Shown here: positions 1 through 14,500 of the stretch, piece by piece
Layout: every line of letters starts with the position of its first letter
Position numbering within the stretch: position 1 is the first letter of the stretch
Assembly: GCF_021028975.2 (NCBI RefSeq)
Contig: NC_059427.1
Span: 121,582,001 to 121,646,000, forward strand
Source of the DNA: Sphaerodactylus townsendi
Lineage: Eukaryota
DNA length: 64,000 bases
Direction of reading: 5' to 3'
Notes under the pieces: generated by a model
The model's input: only the letters and a program-made list of their open reading frames with translations
Databases searched by the model: none
What the model was told of the DNA's origin: nothing
Position numbers and translations under genes: made by a program

Positions 1-3000
1 TTCTGACCCTCCAATGCCAGCATCAAAATCTGATTTTCCACATTGGCTTGAATTCGCTTGGCCTCCACCTAGGAAAGATTAAAAAAGAATGAAGAAAGAT
101 GTTGGAGCATTCACATACCTCTTGCAGCATGTATCCTTGAGAATCTATAGTTGCGCAACTGGTTTGTGTTCCAACACATTATACTTTAATTTTTAAAAAA
201 CCTCGTTAAATCCAATTGCAAAATACCAAGCAAAAACTCCAATTGCAAAATACCAGGAAGAACAGAGCTAATGGAATGACGTAGTAAGGCTGTTATGTGC
301 TTGAATTTTCAAAACCGTTCCAGCTCAGCCATGAGCTGAATGTAACTGGATACGATGCTGCCTTCTACTGACCTCTTTGTTCCACTTGGAATAAAAGTTC
401 TCAGAAACATCTCAAAGAAAATCTCAACAAAGAATCACATCCAAAATATAAGAATAATAATCTTTATGTCAACCTCAGAATTAGCTGGTTCACAGCAGTC
501 ATGCCAGTGACGAGATGATGATCCAGATTGCAAGCAAATGATTCTGCCTGTATAATTATTCTGCTTTTTGATCAGTCTTTGTGCCCCCCCTGAAATCCTC
601 AGACTATTGTGAATAAATGCCTGACAAATTAAACTAATTTCACAAAGAACAATAGGCTAAAGAAAGATTGAAAGTTTTTACATTGGTTTGTGACTTCAAG
701 CTGCTCAACAGTTTACAAGTGTTTGAACGGGACAAAAAACAACTTTCTGAAAAGCACTTGATTAAAATGGCAAAAAATACCCAGGTCTGAATGCTACCTG
801 TCAATTTAATCTGCAACAAACAAAGGAACAAAAGCTTTGGGGAATCTTTCCTTAGCTGCCACTTCTATATTTATTGTAGCTGTTTGAACATGCATATATC
901 ACCGTACATATAGTCATAATCATTACATCAAATTCCATCATATCATCAAAAGCAAATGTACAAAAATAAAATTCTATGAGGATAAGTATTGTTGCAGTGC
1001 TTTCTTTCCATGTATCAACGGAGTTCTTTCTCTTTTTAACTTTTTATTGAATAGGAACAATAAAAGAACAAAGAAATCTATAACCACTGTTGGTGTCCCT
1101 TATTTTTAATGGTTATATTATCAAAAATATGAGAAAGATTACTATCATGGTGTTTTCTAATATATCTGCAAACTTGGACTGATGGGATGATGGCACAGAG
1201 ATCAACCCCACTTTTATGCTCCGGCTCCAACATAAACTCCAACAGCTCTTGTCATCTCTGCATTCCCCCACCCCATCATGGTTTTGTTACTGTTCACTTG
1301 ACCCCATACTCCTCATATACTTTCCTTTTCACTTCCAAGTGACAGGCCGACTTTACAACCACTTCTACTTCTATGTCCACTTCTCAGTCCCAGCCTGGCT
1401 AGACAATTAGATAGATCAGGTGAAAAACAAGCTGTAAACACTGTAACAATCTCTTGTTACTAATATGCTTACGCTTACTGCCAAGAGTTTAATGAGGCCT
1501 ACCATGAGTCTCTGGGACTACTACGCTTGGCAGGATCATATAACTGATGTCCAAACAATAAAGATCAGTTCCCTGGGGAAAAAATGGACACTTTGGAAAG
1601 CAAACTATGTGGCATTTTATCCTGAGGAGGTCACTGCCCTCCCCAAACCCTGTCCTTTTCAGGCTCCACTCCCCAATCTTCTAGGAATCAAAATATTAAC
1701 TGAATGCAAACGCTAGATAAAATAATAAATAAACCCAGAGGACCAGGAGTTATAAAGAAAATATGTGTGGTAAGAATGTGTTGTTGGGTAGCTTTATGAG
1801 ATGGTAGTTAGGGTAGTCTTCACAACTCATTCCTCTATTCTCAAAGTTGCCTTCCAGTGCATTGTCGAAGGCTTTCACAACAAGAATCAATTGGATGTTG
1901 TGGGTTTTCTGGGCTGAAGATGTGGGTGAAACACTATGAGCAAAATTACCAGAACTTGGCCCCCACAGCCCAAAAAACCCACAACAGCCAGTTGGCTTCG
2001 GTGGAATCCTCACGGTCAATGAATTGCGTGATACTCACGCAAAATATCCAGATTTCAGCAAGATTTCCCCACCGCTCAACCGCCCAACAAGGATTCATCC
2101 CGGTTCTTGGTGCTCCCGCTCCCCCTTATCGTGTGTTTTTTAAGAACCTGCATGGAAATGCACCTTTTGAAAAAACACATGCCGAACACAGATTGGTGGG
2201 GAGGTTCTAGATTTAATTTCCCACCATAGGGAGTGACATGGAGCCTTCCAGCCAATCAGAGCGCAGTGGAGTGTGCACAAAGCATGCGCAGCCCTTTTTT
2301 TTGTTTCACGTCAGCGGAGGCTACATTGAAACATGGCTATAAGATCTTCTGTGCCAACTGTAGAAGAAGAAGAGAATACCCCCCTTTCTCTCCTGTCAGG
2401 AGACTCAAAGGGGCTTACAATCTCACAGCAAACACCCTGTGAGGTGGGTGGGGCTGAGAGAGCTCCAAAGAGCTGTGACTAGCTCAAGGTCACCCAGCTG
2501 GCGTGTGTGGGAGTGCACAGGCTAATCTGAATTCCCCAGATAAGCCTCCATAGCTCAAGCGGCAGAGCGGGGAATCAAACCCGGCTCCTCCAGATTAGAA
2601 TGCACCTGCTCTTAACCAATATGCCGCTGCTGCTCCTGTAAACTGAAATTAGACTTTTGTGCCAGAGCAGCTGCGTGGGTAAAAAGTGCTGAAGCCGCGC
2701 ATAAACGTAGCTTAGTGCGAAAAACAGCTACCTATCTACACATCGTATCTACACATGCGTGTGATGACGTAGGTGCGCAAAAAAAAGTTTTAAAAATTCC
2801 CACCCCAATGCAGCACAACAGCCAATCAGGACGAGGAAGAGCCACTGAGAATATCGCGCATTCGATAGTGGCTCTTTCTTCCTTGTGGGGGAGTGCTGCA
2901 CTGTTTGAAAGTGTGATAGACATGGATGTCCTCATCACACATACACTGCAGTGGGGAGGGTGAAACTGTGATGAAAAGATGCCGTTGTTTTTTTTAAAAA

Positions 3001-3654
3001 ACCTGATTGTATCTGGATTTAATTTCTCAGTGGGAAAATGGTATTTAAATTTAGAATACTTACTTCTTTCTCGGCTCTCTCCTCCTTCATAGGGATGGCT
3101 TCATGATTCTTGTGCTCCTCCTGGACACACATCTGGCAGATGAAGTTGCCTTCCATTTTGCAGATCAGCTCCAACAACTTGCGATGCTTCAGGCACATAT
3201 TCGCCTTTAGGTCACTGAGAGGTTCTATCAGCTGATGGTTTTTGAAGGTCTTGTCTTCATAGTGGGACTGGATATGGTTTTGGCACAAGGCTGCCATGCA
3301 CTGCAGACAAGACTTGATAGCCTTGAGTTTCTTAGGGGAGCAGAAGTCACATGGGACATCCCGTGGACCTGCCAAGGGCGGCCTTCTTGACCCCTGAGCC
3401 TCATCTTGTTCAAACCTCAAGGCAATTTCTCCCAGGGTTATATTTTTGCGGAGGTGAGGCCTTGAGTTGAAGGGCTCCCGGCATTGAGGGCAGTAGGGGC
3501 ATTCCCCAATCAGAGCTTGATGATCCCAGTAATCCTGCAGACAATCCATGCAGAAGTTGTGCCCACAGGCTGTTGTGACAGGGTCTCTGAACACTTCAAG
3601 GCATATTGGACAAACAATGTTGTCCTCAAGGAAAAGAAAGCCAGACTTCTTCAT
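1..3654 (-). CDS. TRIM E3 ubiquitin ligase, TRIM16/25/47-like architecture (RING + B-box1 + B-box2 + start of coiled coil); 3'-partial; Trim80 candidate by position
   Basis: Coding exon 3654-3064 (197 codons, in-frame TGA upstream of the ATG, donor GAA|gtaagt). It encodes a C3HC4 RING (CPICLEVFRDPVTTACGHNFCMDC...CPQCR), B-box1 (CDFC...CLQCMAALCQNHIQSH) and B-box2 (CLKH...CQMCVQEEHKNH). The next exon starts at 68 (tttcctag|GTG; VEAKRIQANVENQILMLALEGQ) and leaves the window. Trim80 identity rests only on recalled mammalian synteny next to KCTD2. Confidence 0.9.
1860..2005. mobile_element. Penelope-like element fragment, palindromic
   Basis: ttgtcgaaggctttca...tgttgtgggttttctgggctg and inverted cagcccaaaaaacccacaaca; similar to the longer copy at 23745-24008. 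Confidence 0.55.
2362..2630 (-). mobile_element. tRNA-derived squamate SINE (Squam3-like)
   Basis: Reverse complement of the copy at 27875-28167; Pol III A/B-box-like head and (TCT)n tail. Confidence 0.75.
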
Positions 3655-4385
3655 AGAAGAACCTTTTTTGGGAGTGGGGATGTCAGGCAGAACTCAGCAA
3701 ATAAGTGTCGACCCTGCAATGCTCTAGAAAATGTTAGGAAAAGTACTGTAACTTCTTTAAAGGCATTCGAAGCAATTAATCATTGAGCATAAATTTACAT
3801 TCAAATAAAATAATAGCTTTGAAGGAAAATGTAATCTTTACATATATGTATGCAGCCAGTCCTGTTTTTAGAAGAGGCTTCCCTCCCTCTGTAAGAACAC
3901 AGGGGCAATGACATTTCTAAGATGGTGCCTACTCCCAGTTGCTGTTATAATGCAGAGATTAAAACTAATGTATTTTAAAGAAGTATTGCCTGATTATTTT
4001 AAACCCATCATAGGATTTTAACTGATTACTCTAGCCACTTAAATTGTTGAAGATGTAGTTAAAATACACAAATGTAATGGTCACACAAAAAGTTAACACT
4101 ATTCTATGGGAACAAGCTTATAACCGTTGAGGCCTTGTTGTGATGCATAAAACAAACACACATTTCCAGAGAATGATGATAACTGACCATATTCCAGAAA
4201 TAGTCATATCTGGATTTAGAATGAAGTCAGTAATCCAATTTGCATAATTCATTTAGATAGCAGTAATCAATACCTTGATAATGACAAGGGTGATGGGTGG
4301 TCAGAAGTGGGGCTTAATATGTTGGAACCTCAGTGACAAGAGCATATAAGGACTCTGCTCCATCAGATCCCAGCATCTATATAGC

Positions 4386-4545
4386 TGCTATTATTATTGT
4401 TATTGTTGTTGTAGATTTCACAGCTGCCAGATCTTTAGCTGGTTGTTGGCCTTCATTACAATTTGAGCCTCACCCAGAGGCCTAGGAAGTTGTAATGTAT
4501 TGGCGTATTTGTGCAGATCCCACGATCTGCAGATCTTGCAGTGCC
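4386..4545 (-). mobile_element. 3' end of an R4/Dong-like non-LTR retrotransposon (fragment)
   Basis: Minus strand reads ..GSAQIRQYITTS* followed by a short UTR and an (AAC/AAT)n tail; family assignment from recall. Confidence 0.35.
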
Positions 4546-7500
4546 CTGATCTTTCTTTGCAAGTCACACATGTACTTCATTTCCCCAGCCCTGATGGCCC
4601 TCTATTTTGATGATCTACGCTGCACCAACTGCAAATATTGGCTTACCTGTGAACAGCTCATTTTGTTCCCACTTGCACAGGTATGGTAGGTTTCTAAACA
4701 AGTTTCTAAACATTCCTCATTTTCTGAATTTTGGTGTGGTCCACCTTTTCATCCAGTTACTCAAGTCATGCCCTAACAATACCATCATGCATTATTTTCA
4801 CACTGAAAATATAACAATATAGGAATACCCCATCCATATATTAGAGGAGTTCTACCTTTTAGGGCGGAAAAGAGGCAGCCTTACTGCTGTTTGCTGCTTA
4901 AGACAGAAGTCTACGGTTTGTGTGCTCGCTGACATGAGGGGAAAGATAGCCTCAAGCCACTGAAAAAACACCTAAGATGAAAATACAGTTCACAAAATGG
5001 CTTGGAATGTTTGAGCAACTACTAGCAGGCAATGTGATGAGTAAGGGAGGAATGAATTGCATCGCTCATCATTAGTTTGTTAATTTGTTTACTGTGTTTA
5101 TAGACCACACTTCTCACAGAGTCAAAGTGAATTAGAGTATAAATTGATACCAGTCCATGCAAAGAGACATCTAATAAACACAGTGTAGGTCAATACAATC
5201 AAAATGAGGCGTAAATGAGCAACTGTTGTCCATGATACTTATGAAATTACCTTCCACTGGGCATTTGCTGTGACAAGGAATGCATATCTGAGGGAAACAT
5301 CACAATTTCCTATCACAGCACTTGCTCTGACAACACAGTGTCATGCAATCAAGGTGATGCCTGGAAAGAGAGTGTACAAACTCTGCGAGCAAATGAAAAT
5401 AAAATCTTTTTTTAATGTGCAAAGATGGATAACACAGACAGGCCCTCCATTTCTCTATTTATGGCACCTCAAAGCAGAAATTGGATCCAACGTTCCTGTT
5501 TTGTTAGCAGTGGAACCATTCTTCAACTCAAGGAGCCTTCCGCTGGTACAATAGGACAGGTTGGTGAAATATTCTTTACATTGGAGGGCTCCACCATTTA
5601 AAGAAAAGTAAGTGTTGGGTCTAACCCAGAGTATTTTTCAGATAGCTGAGCCACTTAAAAAAACAAACAATTGGATTAACACTGTATGCTTCCAACGTCC
5701 TTTTGGAGTATGTGATGGTAACAATCTGTCTTGAGAAGCCCACTCCATGTTTCTGCATGAGTCTCTGTTAAGGGCATGGAAGGCAGTCAACTCAAACCAG
5801 TGGCTCAGGCAGAGAAAGCAACCTCCTTTTAGGGTGAAGAAGTCTTCTGCACCTACCCATTAGGTGTAACTGAATCATCATGCAGATAGCAGACTGGAGA
5901 GAAGCAAGACTGATATGGTAAATCACACAGTTATTGCAGACAGCCTCTTCTGTGGGTGATTACTAATGGCTTGTAGAAGCCCATGTAATTATTTCCAATT
6001 TATTTCTCACCTTGTTTAGCCCAAGAAAATGAGTGTGCCCCAGCACATTGTTTTGGAATTACTAGCATATAGAAACAGGTTAACTAATTGGTCAAATCAG
6101 TACAAAGGGGGCAAGGTTAGGTTACATTCCTTCAAGACTTAAATGTTATGAGTTTATGTCAACTGCAGAATATTAATCAGTACTACAAATTATTTCTACT
6201 CACTTGGTCATCGGAGGTATACAGTCACACGTTGTCCCCAGCAACACCGAAAAAATTCTGGCAAATCAGCAACCAGTGAGCATTCCCAGAAAGCCAAAAC
6301 ACCCTAGCTGATCCACCCATCTCTTGATCATTCTCACTCCACTGACAAGCTATGTTCTTCTTGCTCAAAGAGTCTTTCACCCTGTTTGAAGACTTTCAAG
6401 GAGGGTCTAGCTTTGCTAGGTGACATCACAGTTCAAACTGCAAGAGAGGTTAGGCACTTTGGTTGTGATGTCATTGCACAGATAAATACATTAAGCTCCA
6501 CTCTGTAATGCATTTGGCTAAAGGTGGCAGGCTGTAGGCATCTCATACAAGTAATCTGGAAGTTTTGGCCAGTTGTTTAAAATATCCACTTAATGCATCC
6601 AGGTGATAATGAAAAAAAATATTGTCAACTGTAGGATTAAGTGGTCCTGAATACAGGAAATAGAATAAGATGTAATAATGTAAAATTAAAACTTAAGAGA
6701 TCAATCAAAATAGCAGTAAATGTGATTTTCCAAATTTTGCTAAACAGATTAATACCTGTAATGCTTGAAGAATCTTAGAGCATCCTTAAACTCTCAGGAA
6801 ACTTCAGCAAGAAATTGCTAAATGCATTCCTTGAGGCTTGGAGCTGGGATTCCTCTGTCATTATAGGTCTTTAAAATCACAGAATGTTCAGAGAATTAAA
6901 GCCTGCTTCCCACATTTCCAAGGTGCCAGTCCATTTTATGCTAAGTCTTTGCTTTTCAAAAACCTGTGATGCAAATATGCTTATGTTTTCGTAACTGGGT
7001 CGACAAAGGAAACCTTATAAACATTGTGTATTAGAAGTAGTATTATTCCTAGGAATAGAAGATTCACACATGATAGTATGTCAACATTCCCTCTTAGTTT
7101 CTGGTCTGTGCAAGTTACAGCCCAATTCAGATGGGAGGGAGAGATGGTGGCAGCTGGGGACAGCATGGGGGAGTTGCCACTGTGCTGCCTCCAATGGAGC
7201 TCCTGATGGGGCAGCAAGCATTGGGGAGGCCCCCCCCCCCCCCCGCTGCCTGGAAAAGCTCCATGGGAACAAATGACTTAACACTACTGTGGTGTAAGTC
7301 AGAGGACTGCACTGGAGCATTCCTGGATTAAGAGCCCAGTGGAAGCCAACGAGAATTGACTCCACCCCAGGAATGCTCTTTGCTTGCCCCAATGTGCCGG
7401 TGTGCTCCTGGATGCTGGCATAGCCTTCAAGTGGGAAGCCCTTCTGGGTTTGGACACCCAACAGCTCTGTGGCACACACTTGCTGGCGCATTTGCTCTCC

Positions 7501-7918
7501 CAACCAGTGTAGCTGCCCCTTACGTCGGCAGGTTGGGCAAACGCATCTGCGTAGCCCTGTGCTGTACCCACGGCCCATTCCACCCCCTCCATTTGGATTG
7601 GGCCATTAGGTTTGCAAACAGATATGTTTCTTCCTTTTTTTGCTGCTGCTTCTTCATTTGAGCAGTTTTTTTGGTCTGCTTCACAAGTCTGGTAAGACTT
7701 TTCATCAACAAAAGTTTGACTGCTAGAACCTGCTGCTTTATCTTTATTTGCATCTCAGTTAACTCTGAGAAAAGACTGAAAATACAAAGAAAAGCACCTG
7801 ACACCATTCATTGCTGTGGAGAAACTACATGTGAAACAGGCACAAAGATCTCTTAACATAAGAACTGGAACCAGTAACAAAAAAAAAACAGATCAAACTC
7901 TCAAGTCATGTCAGAATC

Positions 7919-7924
7919 TTTATT
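7919..7924 (-). terminator. Likely KCTD2 polyadenylation signal (3' UTR about 3.6 kb)
   Basis: AATAAA on minus followed about 30 nt downstream by a U/GU-rich tract (7876-7891). Confidence 0.55.
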
Positions 7925-10900
7925 GGAAAAAAAATCACAGCATCTCCATTATTATTCAAACACATTTAATAAACAAAGAGAAACAGTAGCAAAGGGCACT
8001 GACATGTGACAAACTGTACAAAACCTCTAGGTCTGCAGGCAAAACCTGAGGGTGAGGAGCCCACGGCCCAGCTGCAGGGGTCCGAGGAGCCACCCCCAGC
8101 CCTTTCGTGGGCAACCCCCTCCCCTCGGACCACTCAGTCACCCCTGAGAAAATTGATTAAAAATGTGCAGAAACAAAGACACTTTTATAAGAGGTTAGCT
8201 CCAACCTTGGTATAATGGGACAACTGACCACTGGGAAACTGGACCTGCTACTGATCCCCAGGGGCTAGCTAACGTTTTCAACAAAACCTTTCTAAGAGAT
8301 GCAAAATCACCCAAATCCATATCTATCTTACCATTTGCTTCTCCCCTCCCTCCCCCCCACCCCCACCCTGACTGCCTTTCACAGGGAAAACACGACTTTT
8401 AATGATTTTCCAACTTTACAGCTTAGGAGAGAACATTTTGACGACTATAAAGGCAAATGGAAGGGAAAGCCCTGTTGCTATAAAAGGCAAAGGTGCAACT
8501 GGAGGAGAAAATGGAAGCCAGTTGAGACTAGCAGGACCTGAAAGTGACCTGCTGTAGCAGGGAAAGACGAGAATATCATGAGCGGATGACCTGGAACAGT
8601 GTCTTGCCGTAGCTGGATTTCAAGCCCTTATACTGGGAAAGCCAACAGCTTTTCCAATCTCTAATACTGTTTCTTGCTCCAACCAAATGGCGTGCCATTC
8701 CAGGGAGGGTTCCAACAAGTTTATTTACTTTAGTTGAAAGTGTTTAAGCAGGAAGGGTAAAGAGGAGGCAACTGTATTCCAGTGAAGAACTAAATCCACT
8801 ATAAATCTCTCACTGGTTTTCAGTATTAGAGTGCAGTGGATAGGATAGGTCTGCCCCACTTATCAGATAGAAACACACAGGACTACAGGATGGTCACAGA
8901 GAAGGTCAGCTCCAACCTTAGTACAAGAAATCAATCTCCAGTCTTGCTGCCAGGACAACTGCAGCTCATCCCCCTTCTAGAGCTGTTCCCAATGGCACAG
9001 TGGTGTGGGCAAAAGACTGAGACTCCTTTTATTCAGACTGCTATCCTGCCATCAGCACTCTTTGAACAGGGCTTCTCCATGGACAATGTTTTTGGTGGCC
9101 ACAAATTAAATAAAGCAATGAGGTATTTGTTTTGATCAACTAAAGCTACACAACAATGTCTCCTTCCAAGTACACCTAACACTGCTATGTGCACAGCAAG
9201 GTGGGGAATGAGTTGGGTTAGGCCACGTCAAAAACGGCAGCTACTCGTCACATTATCAGCCTGTTCCTTCTTCCAGTTAACACTTCCCCCCACTCCCCCC
9301 CGGGGAAAAAGGAGAGATAATGAGAATACACACGAATGTCATACATCTGTGGTTCTTGTACGGTCTAACAGTATGCACACATCTGGTTATTTCTCAGTTG
9401 TGGACGTACACCGACAACGGCTGATACTCAGATTTATATACACATCACAGTGTTAAGTTAGATCCAGCCAAGACATACAGTCTAATTGAGCCAATACTAA
9501 CACATCATAAACGGGAAGGTCAGGGCAGGATAGGAACGTTTGTTTAATCCAACACAGTATGGAGCCAGATGAGTTTCAGCAGCCTGTCGCTGACACAGAG
9601 TCTCAAGACCTTTGGCACAGTCTATGGTTACAGAGACTAAATCAGTCATTGTTAATCAAACCCTAACCCTCCAAAACATAAATGGAGGGGTAATGGCAAA
9701 AGTGGTGGGGAAGCTCACTGATATATGCACAGGAAAACTGAAGAGCAGGGGACGGAGTGGGGCAGGGAGGACTGGGTGCCACACCTAGCCTCTTTGGCTG
9801 CATCCATGAGGAGATCCTTCCATGCCCTTTAGCAGCACTCCTGTCCCTGCCCTCCCCACTCCTCCCCTCAAGGAACAAGTAGAATGGGAAGCCTTGTGAC
9901 CCTACACCATAAAACATTAAGGAGACAAGGTGCCCGGAATCCCTTGGTGGGAAATTCCAAGCACCCCAATTAGAATATTGGGCCTTCTGATCACAGGCTA
10001 ATATGGGAGGTTCCATTATTGCCTGGGGGAGACCAAAGCATTATTTTGTTTTAATCTGAAACTTTGGTTTAGTATGTTTGGGGTTTAAGTCAGAGGCCCA
10101 AAGCCAAGATGACTAGCAAGGAACAAAGACAGGATGTGAGAGGGAAGTATCATGCAGCATACGCTTAAGGGATTCAATTTACCAACAACTAGAAGGGGAC
10201 CTTTCACTGATTAGGGATGGCACAAATTCACTGACAAGATCAGCGAGTCCCTTTTGGCTAAGATTAGAATTCAAGAGAGGCACGACATTTTCACGTCCAT
10301 TCAAGGCATTCCAAAGGAAAAGAAAAGTTCACAGAAAAGTTAACACACCACTGGACACTGAACATCACAACAGTTTGGCAACTTTCAACACCACCCCTCC
10401 CCTCCCCCCGCCCAAATCTGTGCAATGCCCTTTAGTTATTTTGGGTAAGATGACATAATAAAGGAAGCAGGGAACTGCAGGTGTAGAACCACCAAGTGTA
10501 AATATGGGACCCTCCATCCCCCAGGTGTATTGGATAAGAACGGTTACAGCCTACCAAATTAACTATAGTACAAAAGAAAAGTTGCTTTTATGCAGGACAG
10601 CAAGAGAACAAGGCGGTCACTTCATGCTGTTGGAGACAAGACAAGGCAAAGCTGAACTTGGCAGGAACAAATCTGCCAGATAAAAGAGTCATTTTAAATT
10701 AAACCAAGGGACTATATTCAAGGCTCTGGCAGGCAGGACAAATGGGACATACTCTCCATTGCTGTTATTCTTAGACACTGAGAGAATAAAAGATGACACA
10801 ACTGAATCTGAAGATTGGGGGCAGGTGATCACACATTTGTAAAGATGAGTGACAACCAAACTACATTGTAAGGAATGCCTGGCGTTCCTATTTTAGTGTT

Positions 10901-11515
10901 ATCAGAAGAAAAATCTTCAGCCAAGGCCCCATGGTAGATATAATCCCCCATTAGATGTCCTAACAAGTATGAGAGTCAGTAACCGATATAAAACATGAAC
11001 AAAAGTTGAGGAGACACCCCCCCCCAAAAAAACAAATACTAAGGAAAGTTTTCCTTTTAGACACCCCCAAATCTATTTTCATTACATTTGGGTGAATCTA
11101 ACTGGGAGAAATTTCCTAGCTTCGGTATAAGAAATGGCACTTTTCAACCAATGCTCTCTATTGTTAACTACAGACTAATGATGCATGGACACTTTTTCAC
11201 AATAAAATAGAAATAAAACCACCTATTGTTAGGGGGGGGGGGAATTATATCAATGCCGAGGAGAAAAAGGCAAAACAGAAAGGGGGCTACCAGGCTAGAA
11301 GAGCCTCTTTTTCCCCCATTTTGCTTTCTGCAACAGGGGTGACACAAGCTTTTGGATTTTACCAGGATTAATTCTCCACTGGCGGGACAGGCTCAGCTTT
11401 GCTTTGTGTTATTTTGATTATTGTACATAAGCAAGGTTGGACTGCAGGAGAAATGCTCTGCCCAGCTAGATCGCCCTTTTGACCTCTGGGAGTTCTAAAG
11501 CATTGGATGCTCAGT

Positions 11516-14500
11516 TCACATCCGGGATCCTCGCTCCTGAAGAATCTGAGAAAAGAGAAGCGCCAACAGAACAACAGTTAGCGTGGATTTAACTTCTGCT
11601 GCGCTTTCTTGCAGTAAGGAAAAAAAGGAATAGGAAAATAAGATCCTTTCCCAAAATTCACCCTTAAATACCAATATAAAGTGTAGCAACGAAGACAACA
11701 AATTAATGGTCTGCGTAAACATGAACATGCTCACTGCTGATACTTATAGAAGGGGGGGGGGTAAGCAGGACAGGAGGGGCTGTGGTCCAGAAAGAGAGCA
11801 CCTGCTTGATATGCAGAAGGTCCCAGGCTCACACCCCAGTGTCTCCCACTAAAAGAATAGAGTGATGTGAAAGACCCCCACCTGAGACTCTGGAGAACTG
11901 CCACAAGTCTGAATAGACAATACTGACATTGAGGGACTAATGAACTGATTCACTATAAAGCAGCTTCATGTGTTCAGTTTAAAAAACTGAAGCCCTCAAC
12001 TTTTACTCTCAGAAAATCGAAGCAGGAAGAGAAGTTTTCTTCTCTTAATGCCAGTCTGAGGAGTACACTGAGTACTCAGGACGGCTGATTGATGTACTAG
12101 GAAATATCAGCCTCCACCACTCTGCATTCCTGTCTCTTTTCCTTCAGGTTCGTTAGCAGGCTCAGTGCAATTCTGGGATAATGGACACTCTTTGCAACGT
12201 CCTACAATACAGAGATGTGCAGGATTTGCACTCTTCATAGTATTCAAAGCTGTTACTTCACTCTAGGTGTAAAGATAAATGATTACGCTTCTTAGAAAGT
12301 CCATTCCCAAAAGGGTTCCTCACCTTTGCCTTCTCACTAGGTTCTATGACGATGCCATTGGTAGAGTTATTGAGCTCTCGGGATACAACACAGAGAAATT
12401 CTGCTTGGTCCTCATTTCCATAGTTGTAGGAAGATCCAATACTGATCAGCTGATGACAAGGAAAGCAGCACAGATAATGTATGCGTTAAAAGAGTGTATG
12501 CAAGGAACAGCCAGTAAAATCAACTAATATTTCACCTAGCATAGGCCGTTTCAAGAAGATGCCCATTAATCGACGGCCTGGGGGCGCTTTAAAAAATTTG
12601 CCTTCCAGGTCATTGCTCAAGACAGGCGCTGCTGCTGCAACGCGAGCAGCGTGACCTGACTCCGCCTTCTTCCTTCCAGGGCGGCCTTGTCCGCTTCTGC
12701 GGCAAAACAACAACCCTTTTAAAGCGGTTGTTGTTGGGGAGGAAGCGCTTTCCCCGGGCGGCGCGCTGCGAACCGGAAGCCGTACTGGGAAGCAGCTACT
12801 TGACCACGGAATACCTAAAGCAAAGCGTACTCGTTGGCGCCGAGTTCCCGCTATCAATACCGTCCTCCCACTTCCAGGGGTCGGAGGGCAGCGTATGGGC
12901 CACTTCCAGCAGGCGACCTTTTACGACGCAGGACATTGTGAAAGTGGGGGCTTAGAAAGGAGAAGAGTATGCTGTCTACGCGGAGCCGCCTTCGTCGTGG
13001 CCTGTCGGCAAAATTAGTCTGCTTATCTCGCTCAAGATGCTTTACGCGACCGGAAAGCCTACTTCATCGCTTCGCTGTAGAACTTCTTGGCGGGCGCAAT
13101 AATGGCTTACCGAGGCCGTATGAAACGCCATAGGTACCATTTCTCCAACAGAAGTCAGCTCCAAACACCACAGGAAGAAGCATCCGACAGCATGCAGTCA
13201 TGAAAAGCACGATGCCCTTCTGCCTTCCAAGTTTTCAGACAGCTTAAGGGAATATCCAAATTTTTGTTTCTTAAGTCCTTAGGTGGATTTTGCGTGGGCC
13301 AAAAACAGCAGTGTGAAAATGGCATAAAAGGGTTTAAAACCATTTAACACTGTTTTCACACCGCTGTTTTTGGCCCATGTGGAATCCCCCCTAGAAATGA
13401 TGTGATTCTCTGAAACTATCAGGTTTTGGGGTATATTTTCCCAGAGTGTATCATTGAGCACCAGCTATAGTGGGAGCGGTGACTGCCTTTAACACCCACT
13501 TTGTGTAAGCCACAGTGAGCAAGCATTCAGAAGTTAGGTCATGCAGGGAACAGGATGCTGGACTAAATGGGTTTCTCTGATACGTTACTTTGATGGACAA
13601 ATGAATTTTCTTTTGTATTTTCAATCAACTTTATGTATACACCACCATTCTTCCCCAATGGAACCCTAAAGCAGCTTATACTGTTATCCAAAGAACATGT
13701 GATTGGGCCAAGATCAGTCAGCAAACTTTTATGGCAGAATGAGCATTTGAACTATGGTCTTCCAGGGTCTTATTCTGACTCAAACCACTATGCAATGCTG
13801 GCTCTGTATTAGGGAATGTCACAGGTCTACCTGTTATCTTGAACTGGAATTCAGATTGGGTGCTTTTAGGATTACAGTGTACTGATCAGAGATGCTAGTA
13901 TAAACGACCTTGTGCAATGGAAATCATCAAGAAATGTATGATCCAAAATACCAAAGGCGCTGCATATAAATACTGTAATGGCAATTGTGCAATGTATTAA
14001 ATTAATCCATATGCCAGACAAATATTCCCACTAAATGTGCTAGACTATTTACAATATTTTCCAATATTTTCTAATTACAATAAATTACATATATACATTT
14101 TAATTCATTTAACAATTCATTCAAAACCCATAGGTCGTGTATTTCCTTTTTAGCCACTTCAACACTGCGATGAATCTTTTATCAGTACACCTGAATTATC
14201 AAGACTACCACAGTTATATCATTTTGGAAAAATGGATCATGGAAGTTTTTAGAGAACAAAACCCAGTAAAGCAGCATCTCTTAAACTGGGGCCCAGAGAC
14301 CTAAGGGTCTACATTACAATCCCTCCAAAATCCACCTGGTTAATATGAAAATAGACTCCTCATTTTCTATAAAGGGTTGCAGAAATTCTCTGGGTCAGGA
14401 GATGGAATCAGGTTCCTCTTCTTTCAAGGCTAGAGGGTCATAAAGTCACCACCATTTGTGGTAACAGATCTTCCAGATCTCCTCAGAGCATCAGTCAGAA

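Noticed and set aside
12486-13130. CpG-rich block as an internal promoter or coding exon
   Set aside because: Bounded by imperfect inverted termini with no protein motif; better explained as a DNA transposon.
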